64,000 nt of DNA. Source: Macrostomum hystrix (lineage: Eukaryota > Animalia > Platyhelminthes). Within the stretch, counting starts at the first letter, position 1. Every line of letters starts with the position of its first letter. Under the pieces are notes generated by a model. That model did no database searches. It was not told the DNA's origin and saw only the letters and a program-made list of their open reading frames with translations. The position numbers were made by a program, and so were the translations under genes. The stretch covers positions 14,880,001-14,944,000 of the forward strand of contig CATNEN010000003.1 in the NCBI GenBank assembly GCA_950097015.1, written 5' to 3'. Of the stretch, positions 25,401 through 36,339 are shown in pieces.

Positions 25401-27176
25401 ACAATCAACACGCAGAGGTCGCTGGTTCGCTTCTTTTTAATTCACCTCGCCGTCACAAACTTGTGCATCTGGATTAAGACGGTGATCTACGAAATAAAAG
25501 CAGGTCTGGCTGGATCCGCAGTCAAGAAGTTGAGTAAATCTGTCGCTGTAGCGGTTAACTTTACATCAGCTAGCTATAGCCAGTACATCAGCACCGCTAA
25601 ACTATTGAACTCGACAGAGTTCTTCACTCTGGACAAACTGCTCCAACCGTTTTTATTTAACGCGAGTACAGGTGAGCTGATTCAAAAGTTATATTGCTCA
25701 CCTGAGAAATCGACCTTGATTCACCTGAGAAATCGACCTTGACTCACATGAGAAATCGACATTGATTCACCTGAGAAATCGACCTTGATTCACCTCAGAA
25801 ATCGACCTTGATTCACCTCACAAATCGACCTTGATTCACCTCAGAAATCGACCTTGATTCACCTCACAAATCGACCTTGATTCACCTCAGAAATCGACCT
25901 TGATTCAACTCAGAAATCTACCTTGATTCAACTCACAAATCGACCTTGATTCACCTCACAAATCGACCTTAATCAATCTTGATTCACCTAAAAAATCAGC
26001 ATTGATTCACCTCGGGAATCTAAATTGGTTCACGTTGCAAATCAGCATTAGTTTAACTCCAGTATTGTTACCATAGACTATTATTCTGGTCAAACGGTTT
26101 TAGGCAACGCAACTAGCACTGGTGATTCCTCCTGTTCTGGTCGTCAAGCAATTAACAAGGACTCGCCATCGGTAAAGCTTGGTCCCTACCTGTACCCATG
26201 CGCTGTTGAGTATGGCCTTATCTGCGCAGCCATTTGCTACAAGTTCTTCACTAACGTTGGCAACACAGAGGGCGCCACGCCCATCACTGGACTGGCGGCA
26301 CCGCACGCCTCAGGCACTGCCGCAATCATCCCGCGGACCACGACCTGTCACAAGTCGCATCGAGGCCTATTCGGCGGTCTTATTGTCACCATCTGCGTCC
26401 TAGTACCAATGGTCAGCTTGATAATAATGCAGCAGGGCAACAGTGAACAGAAAGATCTGCATGTGATTGCCATGCTGGTCATAGAGACTCTGGTTCTAGC
26501 CTGTACCACTGTAGTTGCGCTTGTTGGCGCCGCAATCGCTATTCGTCAGCTGAAACTATTCAAAATTGAACATCACGAAGCGTTCGATGTGAATCTATTA
26601 TTCGTCGGTCTGGCTGGCATTGTCTGCTACAGCCTGTTTGTAGTGATCTCGGTTGGAGCTTGCATGGTGACGCCACCAACTGACCAGCACGCGGGCTGCC
26701 AATGGGGTGGCACTCGTCAAGCTCAGATCAACCAGCTATCCGGATTAAAAGCCCTAGCCGACTTAACCCAGTCTGTGGCTCAAACACTATTCATAATGCA
26801 GGCTATTCAACGAAAGATAACGCGATCGTTGGCAGAGAAAATGGAAAAACCGGGTCGCGGCATCACAGCCGCTCTGCTCATCTCAAATCTGGCGATGTGG
26901 ATTGCATCCGTGTTCGAATTTCAACGCGACGTCGGTCAGGATTTCTTGGACTACTATTTCGGCGTCATGCCCTGGAGCATCATCCAGTTGATCTTTCAAC
27001 CGTTGATCATATTTTATCGGTTTCATTCTACAGTGTGCCTGTCTGAAATCTGGGTGCACAGCTACAAGATTGGCAGTCACCTGCTGCACGAACACGAAGA
27101 CTCGAAGCCTCGTCGACGTAGGAAGAAGTTCAGTTTAAAAAGTGTCAAAAGGGGTCAGACAGGCAGTAATTTATAA
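22420..27176 (+). CDS. Otopetrin-family proton channel. Exons approx. 22420-22496, 22907-23075, 23323-23778, 24975-25061, 25151-25310, 25398-25671, 26104-27176
   Basis: Otopetrin signatures NLYLRFGAI, LFILVQTYFLF, RFFLIHLAVTNLCIWI, PYLYPCAVEY, CHKSHRGLFGG, KPGR...LLISNLAMW, PLIIFYRFHSTVCLSEIW. Confidence 0.9.
22570..22770. repeat. Intronic minisatellite, 25-bp unit tgtacatgtttcacataaccaatat
   Basis: ~8 tandem copies. Confidence 0.95.
23120..23270. repeat. Three ~58-bp tandem units (gtgagagggttctagccaatcggagagg...)
   Basis: Directly visible in an otopetrin intron. Confidence 0.8.
23890..24890. repeat. Intronic compound minisatellite, 21/24-bp units (gaatcttcttgtaccatcatggtt)
   Basis: Directly visible; produces spurious repeat ORFs. 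Confidence 0.95.
25698..25995. repeat. Intronic minisatellite, 23-bp unit ttgattcacctcagaaatcgacc
   Basis: ~12 tandem copies. Confidence 0.95.
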
Positions 27177-27989
27177 ATGAGTTGAAACAAGAAGGAACAA
27201 TGATTTATGGAGTATTTCTTACTGGTGTTTTCGTTTCTTTCAAATTATTCGCTTCGCTTTAAACAAGTTAGTATTTCTCATTTACTTTAAGCAACAAATT
27301 TTAGCCAGTCATGAAATCTTTTCAAACGCTTTCTGTGTTAACCTGCTCAGAGGAACATTGACAATTAGTCGACATGTCTACATAATAGCATTTGATACTT
27401 CGTAACAACACATACTTTCGATTTCTAATCACTAGGAACGTCATTCTTTTTAGTAAATTTGTATGACATGCATCTGTGACGCAGAACATCGATCATTGCA
27501 AGTTAAACTAGGAACATAAAATATTAGTTTCCATTCCTTAGAAACACGATACTCTCTGTTAAATGTACTTTTAATTGATCCTGCACAGTTGTTACAAATA
27601 AAAACTGTAAAGAGACAATTTATAAAATATATCAGTACACTCAAAGAAAAAATTATCAAACTTAAAAGTTCAGTTTTCTGTGCATAGCTCATTTTTCCAT
27701 CTGCTGTTCTCATAGGCCGCCAAAGTCAACTTAACGCTTATAAGCGACAAAATTTTGTGTTCCGTTAAATTGTTACAATTCTACTAAATAAATAAACAAA
27801 ATAGCTTGTGAGTACTTGAGGATACTACAATTTCTATTACCCGATTTTCGTAAAAGAAGGCCTATTTTCTTGTGCTGCTCGAAAAATATCAGTAAAAATG
27901 TTATGTTTTAGCTACTTTTAATCTATCCTAGAGTTACGTAATATAGCCTTTTGCAAGCTAATAGAGACTAACGAGCAAGCAGTTTCATC

Positions 27990-28064
27990 CACAGATTCTA
28001 TAATATGATTTATGGAGTTTTCTCGGTTCTTATATTCTATATTACAGGTAATATAGAATCTGTG
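27990..28064. mobile_element. 75-bp MITE
   Basis: TIR cacagattctat / atagaatctgtg; 8-bp TSD gtttcatc at 27982-27989 and 28065-28072. Confidence 0.75.
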
Positions 28065-28384
28065 GTTTCATCCAAGATAGCTAAAACGCATGCTTTTCGA
28101 GCCTCACTGCTATAGTTGTCTATGGTAAAAAGTGTGTCAAACCGACAGGCAAAATTTAATTACTTTTGTAGTACGATAAAAGCGGTCTTTCGCGTCCCTA
28201 TAATTTAACCTAAAAAATTGGTTAAACTCAAAATGTCTATGGTCGTTAAGCTATAATATTGAAAATAGAGTTGTATTTAGAACAAGTATAAATGCAAGTT
28301 TATATAAACAACTAAACAAATTACAATATTTCTAACAAGTAAAACAGGTTATTTTCCGTAAATGTCATGCAAAATATCAAAATG

Positions 28385-30200
28385 TCACTTATGATAAATG
28401 TTGAATGTGCAGCCGGTGAACGTACCACTGAAGCCGCCTTTAGAGGGGCTAGTGGATCAGCGGCTAACGTCGCTGCCTCGAACTCCAAAGGACGCTAGTT
28501 CGATTCACCCTTCAAGTCACGATTAATTTCGGGACTTGTTGGGGGGGGGTTTGGACAGTAGCAACCGGCGGAGGTGCACCATATTTCGTGCAATCAAAGC
28601 TTGAAATAATAGCTTCGCTCCTACCTTTCTGTGTGCCTGTTCTGCGTTGCGTGAGTTGTGTGCGTTGGCGCTGGGGCGTGAGACCTTGCGGGGGGTGGCT
28701 GGAGGGCGGGTGTACACCGCCGCGCGCTTTCTGGACTTCCGTCAGCGCGATTGGATAAAGTGTACACTCGTCACCCGGCCCCCCTGAGGACTGATTTCTT
28801 ATCAGCCTTCCGCCCCGGCTTGGTCTGCTCAGTGCGTGTGGGGCGGGGGTGGGGGACACTGCTGCCTATTCTGGGTGCCTCCTGCCCTCCCCGGCTGGTC
28901 TGTTCTGCTGTGTGTGGTGCCTGCTCAGGGGAGGCGGCGCGATGGGCGCAAAAGCGCCTAGTTCACCAGTCTGGGGGCGTGCCGCTCCGTCGCTTGTGCG
29001 ACAAGTGCCCCGGGCCCCCCTGCAAATAGATAGATAAGATAGAAGCCGCCACTAGAACTAGAACTGCAAGTTGACAGATTGGTGGTTGAAGCTGAACTTA
29101 CTTTATTTTGACATCCAGCCCGACTTAATGCATCCGAAACGCATGCCAGTTGGGACTCCTTCTTTGAGTATCTTATGTACCGCTGGGTTGACACAACCGA
29201 ACGATGTCCCGTCACATGGCCGATGTCTTCCAGCGAAAAACCGGCGTTGTGCAGCTCCGTCACGACCGTTGCTCTGATGCAATGAGGCGCAGACAGTCCA
29301 GCCTTCTCAGATATTGTCTGAATCATTGATCCCAGCGTATTGTATCCAACCGGCTGCTTGGCAAAATACCACGAGTCTGCGTTAGGCTTAGCCCTCGGCC
29401 GAATGAAGACGATGCTGTTCACGACACCTTCTCGGTTCTTAGCATTCGTGATCCTTTCCATGTAGTCATTGAAGCAGCCCACAGGGCAGTCAGGTAAGCC
29501 GGTAGAAACCATCAGCACCTGTTTAGTATTTTTTGCAGCATTTTCCAAGTGTCCTCCATCAGTCTTTGTAGCCATCGGCCGCAACTTGATAGCCTCTCGC
29601 CCAGATGCAGTGATGATCTCTTCGAACGACTCAACTGTTAGGCGTCGAAACCACTCTCTCGCACGCAGCCCAAAATGAGTCATCATATTGTAATAGAACT
29701 CATGCTGTAACTTTGCTGGTGTGCTCCGATCGAAATGCTTACGAAGCTTAGCTAGATCATCGTCTTCTATGGAGCTGAATCTCTTCACTTCTCCGCCGTT
29801 CTCCAGAAACAGTTTAGCAGCAACTTTTAACATATTGTTCGCTTTTTTGAACAGCTGGTTAGATATGATATCCACTAAGCGTCCGAAGCAGCCAGCGATA
29901 CAAACCGGCCCGGAAACAGCGCAAAGTAGCAGGTGCATAGTACCTGCTACTTTCAGAGCGCTTGATAGAGCGCTTGATAGTTCCATACGCAATGCGGATA
30001 CAGGCCGCCAATCGCTCCTCTGCGCAGGTCTTAATGTCGACTTCAAGGTGAAGGGACTCCATGATCGAATAAAATTTTTCCAGAGCCCATTTTTCTTGCT
30101 GACTCGCACTTGGTGGTTCAGTTTTTTTCTCAACCAAATCAAGATCTTGCATTGTTTCCCCAGTCAGGCGGTCTTTCGCATCCTCGGACTGATCTATTTT
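28385..30200 (-). pseudogene. Crypton-type (DUF3504-like) tyrosine recombinase 1; frameshifted near 29880 and interrupted by a SINE
   Basis: N-terminal part in the 29859-30152 frame (KWALEKF...YAPATLRCFRAGLYRW). Catalytic domain with FGLRARE, TKT, HCIRAT, TGHRS, QRY. Native end GGFSGTFTGCTFNIYHK* at 28385-28438, beyond the SINE. Confidence 0.88.
28439..29041 (+). mobile_element. tRNA-derived SINE, family C (603 bp, GC-rich body)
   Basis: TGGATCAGCGG A box, AGTTCGATTC B box, (gata)-type tail, 9-bp TSD gaagccgcc at 28430-28438 and 29042-29050. Confidence 0.85.
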
Positions 30201-30495
30201 TAGAGAAATCTTTAAAATAGATGGGAAAACTATATTTAAACCACTTTAAAGTCACTTTCTTGAAGGTTATTGACATAGATTTCTATTTTTGCGGGATTTA
30301 AGAAACCACTTTCCCGGATATATTCCGGGCTTGTTGCAAGTTTAACTGGCAAACAACTTTTGCCATAGACAACAATCAAACAATCAAACAGACATGTAAA
30401 AAAGCACTGAAACAGTTTTAAAAAAGTGCATAGCATACACTTCAAGTACAGACTTCCTTTATAGAGTTAATGCCAGTGTAATAAATTTACCCCAA

Positions 30496-31373
30496 TTAAT
30501 TGTCGATGGTTACATTACAGTCCTTGAAGTTGAAATTGATCACCTGGCCTCGGCCCGTACGCTGAACGACAGTCTCTATACTTTTTCCATCCAAAATTGC
30601 ACTGCATTTTTCGATTTGGACATCAGACGTTCGTTTGTAGCATCGCAGTGCAATTAGACTTGGATGTCCTGTTCTCTCCATGATGAGCTGTTCATCCACG
30701 TTTGCCTGGTACAAACGGGTGGCACATGTTGCACGCAGGCTGTGATTAGTCACTCGTCCAATGATTCCTGCCTCGGTGCACATTTCGTTCATGAATCCGC
30801 ATAGCTTGTTTTTGCCAATTGGCCATTTGCGAACCACTTAACACCGGGCTTGGCCAACGGTTGCAAATAGAAACGGGTCGCTCCTGCTGGATGCTTGAGT
30901 AAAAACTCTTCAAATAGGCTCACATGGCACCTAGTTGAATTGGTAGACTCAAAGTGGACAACCACCTTTGGTTTAATTCTTGTGTGACTGCAGCCAACCC
31001 ACCAGCGTTGGTCTTTGAAACGGTTTCACGGTATAACAAGCGACGTTTCTCGTCTCTAATCTCGATTGACAGTTTCCCGGCGGGTATTTAGAGCCATCTA
31101 GACGACAGCTCCATGGATGAACTGTGAAACCAACTGGTTGATGAAGACGTCGTCCAACTCATCAACAGACACGGTGCATGGAATCCTAGCAGTGTGAAGC
31201 CAACGAGTGAAAACACCGACGGCCCACTTGTTACGCTTGATGGTGTTTACAGCCTTTGTACTCTCATTAAGAGCTTTCACTGCATCTAGGGCCTCGCATT
31301 TACGAACAGCTCTCACTGCTTGAACAGAGTATGGATCACGAAAATATAAACCTTCAATCAGAATCTCTTCCAA
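30496..31373 (-). pseudogene. Crypton-type (DUF3504, ZMYM/QRICH1-like) tyrosine recombinase 2; internally deleted and frameshifted
   Basis: NTIKRNKWAVGVFTRW N-terminal helix; LLYRETVSKTNAGGL, RCHVSLFEEF...FYLQPL, PIGKNKL, TNHSLRATCATRLY, TGHPS, RCYKR, FNFKDCNVTI. The first catalytic Arg (GLR) segment is missing. Confidence 0.88.
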
Positions 31374-31514
31374 GTCGCGCTCGGTGATACAATTTGGGTC
31401 ATAATCGCCGTTTCTATTTTATAACATACATGTACTTTTACCATAGACATCGCTAGACGTGGCTCCCGGATTTATATGCATACATCCCGCAAAATTAAAG
31501 TAGTTTAAATATGT

Positions 31515-31583
31515 TATTCTATGGGTTTGAGGTCGGTATGTGTTTAACACATAAACACATATTGACCTCAAACCCATAGAATA
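31515..31583. other. Near-perfect ~69-bp hairpin at the putative Crypton end
   Basis: tattctatgggtttgaggtcggtatgtgttta / taaacacatattgacctcaaacccatagaata. Confidence 0.85.
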
Positions 31584-31717
31584 TCGTATACATATAATAC
31601 GTACTACAATAACCCTATAGCACGGTTTCCTCGGTCTTTAATGTCTATGGCCTCGAGGCGCTTCGCGTATTTAGAGATCAGGAAAAGTAACTAATAAATT
31701 AATTCTGTTTGCGGGTG

Positions 31718-31857
31718 AGTTGTAGAGCGGTTGACAAGGTTTGGGGGCTTGTCGTGCAATTTACGCCCTTGAGGGCCAACCTCCAAGGCATAGCGAAAGT
31801 GCATTACTGCCTGACGATGAGAAAGTCAGGACAGATGTATAAACCTTTTTGTATGCC
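31718..31857 (+). mobile_element. SINE family A, partial/degenerate
   Basis: gggcttgtcgtgcaatttacgcccttgagggccaacctccaaggca...ctgcctgacgatgagaaagtcagg. Confidence 0.75.
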
Positions 31858-32148
31858 TACGTATGATGTATGACGTATGAACGTACGAAAATATTAACGA
31901 CGTGTCAACCAATGGTAAGGCATACATATAACACAGTCCTTTTATGACGAAAAACTCAGATAACTAAACAGGTCTCAAATAGTTTCTTAGCTGGTAGAAG
32001 ACCTTAAAACGAATAAAATTCGGAAAATATATATCACTCTTTAAGTTTATTTCTCGATGAAGCCAAACGTAGACTGACTCAACTAGAGATCATTTTCTAG
32101 TTATGAAGCCAGTCTCTAAGAGAGTTTAATAACGACGACGGCTAAAAC

Positions 32149-34634
32149 TCAGTTGATACCTGAAAACAAAGAAAATGTTAAAAGCTGAATGTAATGCGTT
32201 TGTACAGAAGTGTCCCCCAAACACGATTTATGCATACAGAATTCATAAGTCCAGTGCCCCAACCAATCAAACCAGTCCAATGTCCCAACCAATCAAACCA
32301 GTCCAATGTCCCAACCAATCAAACCAGTCCAATGTCCCAACCAATCAAACCAGTCCAATGTCCCAACCAATCAAACCAGTCCAATGTCTCAACTAATCAA
32401 ACCAGTCCAATTACCCAAACAATTAGGCCAGTCCAGTGTCCCAACCAATCAAACCAGTCCAATTTCCCAACCAATTAGGCCATTCCAGTGTCCCAACCAA
32501 TTAGGCCAGTCCAATATCCCAACCAATTAGGCCATTCCACTGTCCCAACCAATTAGGCCATTCCACTGTCCCAACCAATTAGGCCAGTCCAATGTCCCAA
32601 CCAATTAGGCCATTTCACTGTCCCAACCAATCAAACCAGTCCAATGTCCCAACCGTAAAAACCAACCCAACTGCCAACCAAATTAAGCAGCCAAATACCC
32701 AAAACAACTTCCGCCTAGTCTTAATTTAACAGTAGTCCGCGTGCACTCACTAGCATACGGATCAGTGCCAGCAATGTCCAAGTACATCTTGACGTTGACT
32801 CGGCCGGATGGGTTCCACTCAGCGGCTCGCATGCCCATCTGTGCGCAGCCAATCGTGCCGCATGAGCTGCATTTGCCTGCCTTGAAATCCTCATAGCTGG
32901 CGCATGGGAATGCCTGATCGATTCGAGAATTAAATGAGAAGATAATTAGCTTTTTAGAGAAAAAGCCCTCTTAATATTGAAGGAGGGCTGCGGGCAATGG
33001 CACGTCATTTGGTGACACTAGACCTGCAGCCAGCGATGAGGCAATTCTGCACATTTCGCTGACTCCTGAGCACACGCGCACACAGATACTGTAAGGTGTG
33101 TACATCTGCCCCGACTATCTCATCGTCACTGTACAGTGTACACTCTCACTGTGCCTTGAAAGTTGGCCCTCAATCACTCACTCCCCTCCCCAGCTCACCC
33201 GATAGTTCTTGGTGGGATTAACGATGGTGGCAATCATAACGGATCGAACGCGGTTGTGACTGCAGGTCATACGCCAGATGGTGCCGCTGATGATGCCGTT
33301 GACGCTGCCGCTTGGCGGTTCGTTGCAATTCGGTTGAGCCTTGCCACCGTTCGGATAAAAGTCCACGTGACCAACTGGCTGCATCAGGCCAAAGCCGCCA
33401 ACCAGTTTAATGATGCTGAGCACGCTGTCGCCGTCAGTGTGAATGGCGTCAACAAATCGAGCGTCAGTTGGGTCAAGGCGAACCTCCGGGTGCATGTTCT
33501 CGAAGTAGGGCCCGGCTGGGTCCAATCCGGTGATGCGACCGAGCTGCCTTGAACTGGATCGAAGACGCTCGCCAGCGTATCCGGCTACGTGCGAGCCCAG
33601 GCTGTGGCCAATCAGATGGAAGGACTCGCGATTGGCGCCGAATTGACTCTCCAGCCAGACGATCAACTGGGCAATGAGTGCGCCGATGACGCGAGTGTTC
33701 GCTGTGGCCTGCGGTTATGGAAAATATAGTTCATATAGTTCCGAACGGCTGTGCATGGGCACTGTATTTGGCTACAGTAGACTCCTTTTGCCAGCGAGAG
33801 GCATTTCTGCCCATTCTGCTGACTCCTTTCTCATTGTTAGGCAGAGTACACCTTCACTGTGCCTTGGAGGTTGGTTCTCAAAGACGTAAATTGCACGACA
33901 ATCCCCCAAGCTCTTCTCTCCGCGGCTGCGCCCCATATTACTCGTAATGTGGCCTCGCCGCGGAATCGAGCTCAGGGACCTTGGTGCGAGAGGCAAACGC
34001 GTAAGACCGCTCTGCCACGCAGCACTCACCCGATAATTAGGTTTATTAAAAACAATTACTTTCAATAAAAAAACTATCACGTAGACTAGACTTGAAGGCT
34101 ATTATTGAAGGACGTGCAGTTATAGTTTTGAAAACTGCACTGAAAATAATAAAGAGTGCATGGGGTAGCAGTTTGAACTAAATTCTACATTTCATGGACT
34201 GGTTGACGAACCTGGGTGTACGGAAATCCGTTGCCGCGACTCCAATCTAGCTGAATGACATTATAGTCGCCGTGAGTGATCAGGGCTGCTTTCATCAGTT
34301 TATTCCAGTCCGAGTTGCCGTTATCAGTGAAGCCATGAATCAGGATCTTCGTTGGCGCGGTAGCCTTGAAGTTAGAGTTGGTGACGCTAGCCTTGTTGTT
34401 GTAGACAATGTTCTGAGCGGTGAGGACGTTTCGCCTAGTGTACAACGCGTAGGTCGGCATGATGGTATTCGGGTCCTGCGGCAGCAGTTGCCACGGTCTT
34501 CTAATGGCATCGTAGAAGTTTCCACCGGTGCTGAAGCAGCCAAGGCCGGTGTAGCAAATCTCTCTGTGAGTTTGCGCGCGACTGTGAAGCGGAGCGCCAA
34601 ACAGTACGCCTAGAAGCAGAAGAACGCGTAGCAT
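32149..34634 (-). CDS. Secreted pancreatic-lipase-related protein without PLAT domain. Exons 34634-34212, 33708-33199, 32913-32751 and a probable 11-nt terminal exon 32159-32149
   Basis: Signal peptide; EICYTGLGCF; ILIHGF; GHSLG (Ser); GLDPAGP (Asp); VDAIHTD; GHVDFYPNGG; CSH (His). Splice phases are consistent. Confidence 0.9.
32258..32660. repeat. Intronic minisatellite, 26-bp unit ccaaccaatcaaaccagtccaatgtc
   Basis: ~15 tandem copies of two variant types. Confidence 0.95.
32981..33172 (-). mobile_element. SINE family A, 5'-truncated, in a lipase intron
   Basis: Matches the 3' two-thirds of 6066-6358. Confidence 0.8.
33770..34022 (-). mobile_element. SINE family A copy in a lipase intron
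   Basis: tRNA head (TGGCAGAGCGG ... CTCGATTCC on the minus strand) plus a deleted body. Confidence 0.8.
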
Positions 34635-35421
34635 AGCAACCGAGCAGTGCTAACTGCAATCACGCGATTTGTTAATACTGGCTCCTGTACTTCCTAACCT
34701 CCGCACCATTCTTATTCGTTACTGAATACTATATTTATAAAAAGAAGGAGTGTAAATTAAAAAACCGCATGTTGTAAAATTCTCACGTAATAATAATTTG
34801 GCGCCTTTTATTCAAATTATTTTGTAAATGTTCGAAGAATAAATAAAATGCTATTATAAGGCAGTAAATGGGCCGGGAAAATTGCGTGAGAACGCTAGCA
34901 ACTGTCTGTTTCTGCTAAAATGAATAATTATACATTGCAACCATGGATCTGAATGTATAGTCGATTAATTACAACAGAAAGTACAATTCTAAGACCTATA
35001 TATTTTCACATGTTTATCTATACTGTATAAACTGCCACACGCCTACTGAAAATCAACTTGACGTTGATTTTATCACTATTTTGCCCACTGTCGAAATGCT
35101 GTGTCGAAATCACACAGCCAGGATAAATATTAAGTTGCTAGATGGATTAAAAGCAGTTGACTCAAATCCAAAACTAATCAATTCAAAAACTCGAAATTGA
35201 TCAACAGATCGATTAGACTCTAATTATCTGATTCGGATCTAAATTAACAGACTCAAATTGAAACGTATTTTTTCAAATCCGGCCAATTTGAACGATTGGA
35301 ACTAAGAAGTAAAGTGGCTTTAATACTCGTACATCAATAGGATATTTATTGCAACCTTCCATCTTCATCAGCGAATCGAATCTAAAGTTAATATATTAAA
35401 AACTTTAGTATTTGTTCGACT

Positions 35422-36339
35422 CAGTGGCGGATCCAGGATTTCTTAAGTGGGGTGGCGGATATGCGAGTACAGAAACTAGAAACTAAGTAATCCCAATCCA
35501 TCTATCTTTCATCTATGCTCAATACAAGATCTTGAGAGGATATATCAATTTTTGCATACATTTTAATGCCTAGAGTGGTGCAAATGACTCTGACACATGA
35601 GGGTAGTAGTAGAAGTTGGCTCGGGTCTCGGGAAGAACTAACCCGTTTTGGCCAATATTGACAATTATATTTAGTGAGTTATCAAGGCTTCATTTAAAAG
35701 ATAGTCAATGACAATGTGAGAAGACCAACACTATAATATTTTAATTTGAAATTTGAATAGAATGTACGTGTTGCAGTGAGACGCGAATAAGCAATCGTTA
35801 GTAGCAAATAGAGCGTAGAAGAATGGAAATTGGAATTAACGAATTGGAATCACTTAATTGAAGCAGGCACGGCGATTGACATCCTTTGACAGAAACTTCT
35901 CCACAGTTGCAGATATTGTACTTGCAGTATTACAAATCATGTCCTTGTGGATGAAGGCCAATGGCAGTCCATTCAGCCGCTCTTCTCCCATGGTGCTGCG
36001 CAAGTAATTCTTTAGGAACTTCAGCCAAGAGAAGGATCTTTCTCCAGTGGCAGTGGTCTGTGCTCTCACCCTACTCTTACTATCATAACTTAACTTAGCT
36101 TCTCTCTTGCCAATGGTTTGGCTAGAAATAAATAAAACCGAACCGACAATGTTCCATGGGATGCAATTCCATTCCAAGGAAAAGCAGACAGACCATAGAA
36201 GCAATGGAAATATAATGAAGAACTTGGACTTTGTGGGTTGAGGAGCCCAAAATTAAAATATCTCCCTTCCATGCAAGTCCAGCCACGGCGAAAGTGGGGG
36301 GGCGGCCGCCCCCCCGCCCCCCCCCTGGATCCGCCACTG
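35422..36339 (-). mobile_element. Non-autonomous hAT transposon, 918 bp, carrying a transposase dimerisation-domain fragment
   Basis: TIR CAGTGGCGGATCCAGG / CCTGGATCCGCCACTG; 8-bp TSD gttcgact at 35414-35421 and 36340-36347; ERSFSWLKFLKNYLRSTMGEERLNGL at ~35854-36060. Confidence 0.93.

Noticed and set aside
28958-30142. Intact 394-aa recombinase as given in the ORF track
   Set aside because: The first ~85 residues are out of frame relative to the real N-terminus and the last ~27 are SINE-derived; the copy is frameshifted.
31808-31832. Hammerhead ribozyme core (CTGACGA...GAAA) in SINE A
   Set aside because: Only 3 nt separate the two core boxes (no stem II), and ctgac pairs with gtcag as a simple hairpin.
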